In this document: positions 60,447 through 64,000 of the stretch, in pieces
Layout: each line of letters opens with the position of its first letter
Position numbering within the stretch: the first letter of the stretch is position 1
NCBI GenBank assembly: GCA_034226945.1
Contig: CP120453.1
Coordinates: 62,001-126,000, forward strand
Direction: 5' to 3'
DNA length: 64,000 nucleotides
DNA from: Picochlorum sp. SENEW3
Taxonomy: Eukaryota
Program-made: the position numbers and the translations under genes
Notes under the pieces: model-generated
Database searches by the model: none
What the model was told of the DNA's origin: nothing
What the model saw: the letters and a program-made list of their open reading frames with translations, nothing else

Positions 60447-60901
60447 CTTTCCAAAGGTACGTTGGAACCAAGTAGCCCAATATATAGACAGAGACCGGCA
60501 CAACAACCGAGCCGAAGAAGACGCACGCTCTTTGGGCGATTCGCTGGAAAAATGTAGATGGTTGCGTCTCCTACTAATTTTTAATGTATCTAATGGAGAA
60601 AATACAGTCGCTTTTGCGTGATTGTCCTATCAGGGATACAATCTTAATGCCAACCTCCGAACAGTTGGTCACGCGTTGTCTGCATCCTTCTAACAGGCAT
60701 TCTCATCTGAAATTTGAAACATATTAATGATATAATTGCAGAATTTTATGCTTCCAGTGTTTCACTAGAGTCCCATGCTCTTGGTGAGCACACACGGCCC
60801 TGTGTCCATGTTCAATTTACGGAATTCCGACGAGATTGATATAGATTCATGATCATTCATTGCGGTGTCTATAGCATTACATTACACGAAGAAAAGAAAA
60901 G

Positions 60902-61614
60902 ATGAGGACTCCTGATATGTCATGGAGGGCGGATTTGAGGAAGCTGCCCAGGCTGTGCTGGATTGTGGTAGGACTTGCATTACTGAACGTACGTGCTGGT
61001 TGCACTGCATGACAAGGATTTGCGTGCTTTCTATGGAGCATTGAATGCTGATTATACATTGAATGAATATCGCAGGTCATTTGCTCAAGTGCTCTGTCTG
61101 GTGTCGTCGCAGTCCATCTCGTTGACTCTGCCTATAGTCCTTCTTGTTTGCTCAACCTGGACGGCGATGTGTGCACGTGCGTTCTCCTGATGCATTCGCT
61201 TGAGATGTGCGCATAGGTGATGTCTTTGTATTCTTGTGATTGTGCAGGTTTACATACGTGACCACGATGATTTCCTTGTTCATTGCTCTGGGTATTTTGG
61301 GTGGATTTTTGTTGGTTGATTACACACTGATCAAGCCCTTGCATGATGTTGTCGTGGGCTCTTCTTTGTTCTTGGCTTTCTGGCAGTTTGTTATGTCTTT
61401 GACGATTCAATTACGAGGAAATCAGGCGACGGATGCGGGATTCCCAGGGACCAGTGCTAGGAATGCTGCCTATGCCATGGCATGGATGTCGATGAGTTGC
61501 AGTCTTCTCATGGCGTGTGTCACCATGTGGATCATGTGGAAGAATAGACCAAAGAAGAAGAAGAAGGGAAAGACAGCTGTGCCTTCGGCGACAGCATCAA
61601 CATCGAGAACATAA
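60902..61614 (+). CDS. Small four-TM (MARVEL-like) membrane protein
   Basis: Three exons (introns ~60989-61075 and ~61175-61247) give hydrophobic helices, a C..C loop and a basic tail. Confidence 0.6.
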
Positions 61615-61665
61615 TGTACTGTATACATGGTATTCTATTTATTTATTTGTGTACACAATGACAGA

Positions 61666-62568
61666 TTATAAGGGAATGGCAAGGAGAGCAACACCAGCGG
61701 ATGCTGCCATCATGATGAGGTTGCTCTGTCCCTGGTACGCTGCTGATGGCTCTGGCGTTGGCTCTGGCGTTGGTTCTGGTGTTGGTTCTGGTGATGGCTC
61801 TGGTACTGGTTCTGGTGATGGCTCCGGCACTGGTTCTGGCAGTGGAGCCGTTGGAGTCTCTGCAGCTGCAACTGGCTCGGGGGCAACAGTGTCTGGCTCA
61901 ACAACATCTGGTTCCTCTTCAGGAGCCGCTGCAGGACCCATCTCCACCGTCTGTGGAATTGCACTATCACCTGCAAATGCCTTGCATGTCGTGCACTCAT
62001 CCAACGTGGCTGCGATTTCCGTCATATCCAGACTGTCATCCTGCTCGACAGCTGCCACCTCTGACTGAAGCCACTCTGGTAGCTCCTCACGTGAAGGAAG
62101 CAACCCGTCATATAAAAATGCTTGAGTAGAATAGAAAATGTAATCCGATGCCTGCTTTGTCTTCCACGCTGCCTCACACTCTTCTGACGTCTTCTGATCG
62201 TACTTTTTGGAGAAATTGCTCACTCTGTCAAAGTCTCTGAATGCCTCCACATAACACTCTGCCTGACATGCAGAGGCAAACACCTCTTCATTCTCAGGAT
62301 TAGGAGGGTTATCTCCATCAGTAAAACTCTCTATTTGAGCACAAATCGGCTGCCAACCTTCCGTCTCGAAACAATTCCAAGAACACGTCCAGTATTGAGC
62401 TTCGCAATCTGGGCACTGTCGAGCCCTATACACACATGGATTGTCCTGTTAATCCCATGCTCTCAATTTCAAGCAAAATTAATTGAATAATACGTACAGA
62501 GATCCATGAAGTAATGCCAGTCCGACAGTCGCGGCAGTCAGTGCTGTTGTCATCCCAGATCTCGCCAT
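61666..62568 (-). CDS. Secreted Cys-rich (Kazal-like) protein with PEP repeats, possibly GPI-anchored
   Basis: Signal-peptide exon 62568-62498, intron, then PICA...FASACQAECY, (PEP[STV])n and a hydrophobic C-terminus. Confidence 0.75.
61746..61840 (-). repeat. 12-bp coding tandem repeat encoding PEP[STV]
   Basis: About eight imperfect copies, read directly. Confidence 0.8.
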
Positions 62569-62674
62569 GCCGCGTTTGCTTCGTTTTTACGGATATATCA
62601 CACGATTATATCAAAGATTATATCTTTAATAAATTTAAATAATCTATTGCAGTGCTCAGGCGGAGCCGATCTGA

Positions 62675-64000
62675 TCAACAAAAGATAAAGGTTCCGTCCT
62701 TGATTCCGGACGACCGAGATAGCATTTTCTTGGCCCTTGCGGAGCCAACAATCCTTTCCAACCTGAGCAGGTCAAATTTGCTGAAGACGACATTCATGGT
62801 GCTTCCTTGGGATGATTCTTCGATGAAATTTCCAAGTTCTGCATAGAATTGAGGGTGATCTGGGAGTTGATAAAAGTAGACATCCCGTATGCCTCGAATC
62901 CTGTGTCGATTGTAAAACTGTGCTCTCTCTGTATAGACAAGTACCCTCCGTCGGGCATCAGCGAAATACGATCGCGCTCTTGCCATGTCCTTTGTGGTGG
63001 AATATTCACTCAGAGTGACGAAGGAAGCTGCCTCTTGTCTGAGATAATTTCGTACTTTGACAAAGTCAAAGTATGAGGGGACATACAAGAGCTGTCCACC
63101 CAGGTGGGATGCCTCTCGAATCAATGGCCACATCTCGGACTTGAAATATTCGAATCGAGCATCGACCTCATCTGCAGGAGTTGCGATCGGTTTCTGTATC
63201 CGATGGAAGACGTGGCGCAGTTGCGGGATGATTGACTGAAAGATGCCCTTCTGCACATGCTTCCATCGAGCCATGCCTGAGTGATTCATGCAGTAGTTGG
63301 ACATGAGTGACTTGATTTCTGGAGATTGAAAGCTACCAAGAATAATGTTTTGCCGATAATATTTTGCTTTTCCATCAATGTACCAGTCTCGAATCCTCAT
63401 AATATCTGTATCATGCTGCTGCTTTGGAATGCTATTGAGAGTGTCAAAAATTCGGATGACATGCTGCCAATTCTGCATCAGTAATACATCTACTCTGACG
63501 GTAAGAACAATTTCAATAGATGATAAAAAGTCTGACGGGTCGGGCTCGTCTTTTGATTTGGACCCCTCCTCCAATTTTGTGGCCAGAGCAAGTGGGGAGG
63601 CCACCAGGATGTCAGAGTCATAAAAGTCTGTGAACAATCTGATTGACCCCCTCGTCATCTTTATACCGAGTCGGAAATGATCATCACAATTTCCATCAAA
63701 GAGGACTTGGTGCTGCTTTGGTTTGAGAGATAATGCAATCTTTTCTCTTTCTGTCATGATTTGCTCCTCCTCTGGCACACCAAATTCTTCATCAAAGCGA
63801 GATCTGTTCTTCACAGTATCCGTTCTTGTTTCCTGGATTCCTAACGAAATAAGCCTATCAACAATTTTCTTTGCTTGATGTCTAAAAGGCGCAAGGATGA
63901 GAACTTTCGGACGAACGAAACCCTGGTCTTGAAAGGCTGCTTGTGGCTCTTCAGCATTCTTCACCTTTTCATTATTCTTTTTTATCCGCTCTGATGAATT
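62675..64000 (-). CDS. UTP25: U3 snoRNA-associated protein 25 (DIEXF), 5' part outside the window
   Basis: DQGFVRPKVLILAPFR, DFYDSDILVASPL, DFLSSIE, MQNWQHV, PSYFDFVKVRN and LERIVG. Confidence 0.95.
   Translation of the reverse strand, partial: NSSERIKKNNEKVKNAEEPQAAFQDQGFVRPKVLILAPFRHQAKKIVDRLISLGIQETRTDTVKNRSRFDEEFGVPEEEQIMTEREKIALSLKPKQHQVLFDGNCDDHFRLGIKMTRGSIRLFTDFYDSDILVASPLALATKLEEGSKSKDEPDPSDFLSSIEIVLTVRVDVLLMQNWQHVIRIFDTLNSIPKQQHDTDIMRIRDWYIDGKAKYYRQNIILGSFQSPEIKSLMSNYCMNHSGMARWKHVQKGIFQSIIPQLRHVFHRIQKPIATPADEVDARFEYFKSEMWPLIREASHLGGQLLYVPSYFDFVKVRNYLRQEAASFVTLSEYSTTKDMARARSYFADARRRVLVYTERAQFYNRHRIRGIRDVYFYQLPDHPQFYAELGNFIEESSQGSTMNVVFSKFDLLRLERIVGSARAKKMLSRSSGIKDGTFIFC

Overview
Gene-dense eukaryotic nuclear DNA with short GT-AG introns, intergenic gaps often under 150 bp, TGTAA-type poly(A) signals and plant-type organellar genes. 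This fits a small green alga (Trebouxiophyceae, Picochlorum-like); the taxon is inferred. About 33 protein-coding genes are supported, mostly housekeeping (ATP synthase d, MOCS2A, RsmD, proteasome beta1, OEP24-like, RPL9, dTMP kinase, adenylosuccinate lyase, glucosidase I, gamma-glutamyl phosphate reductase, eIF3L, acyl-CoA oxidase, PUF, ACF1-like DDT protein, UTP25). The most interesting items are outside the ORF track: (1) a ~280-nt GC-rich multi-helix RNA with two competing folds in the oversized RPL9 intron; (2) a box C/D snoRNA in the adenylosuccinate lyase intron, with an 18S rRNA guide; (3) an accessory island at ~1.2-10 kb, holding a possible 3.9-kb cargo transposon (AT-hook protein plus kinase, short inverted ends, CTG duplication in a palindromic target), a 629-bp MITE and ~5 kb without intact genes; (4) a SAP-fused RNase Z lacking its catalytic residues; (5) an ePHD-B3-Zn-finger regulator whose stop codon overlaps the convergent gene. 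Splice models, folds and family calls were made by eye and were not computed or searched.
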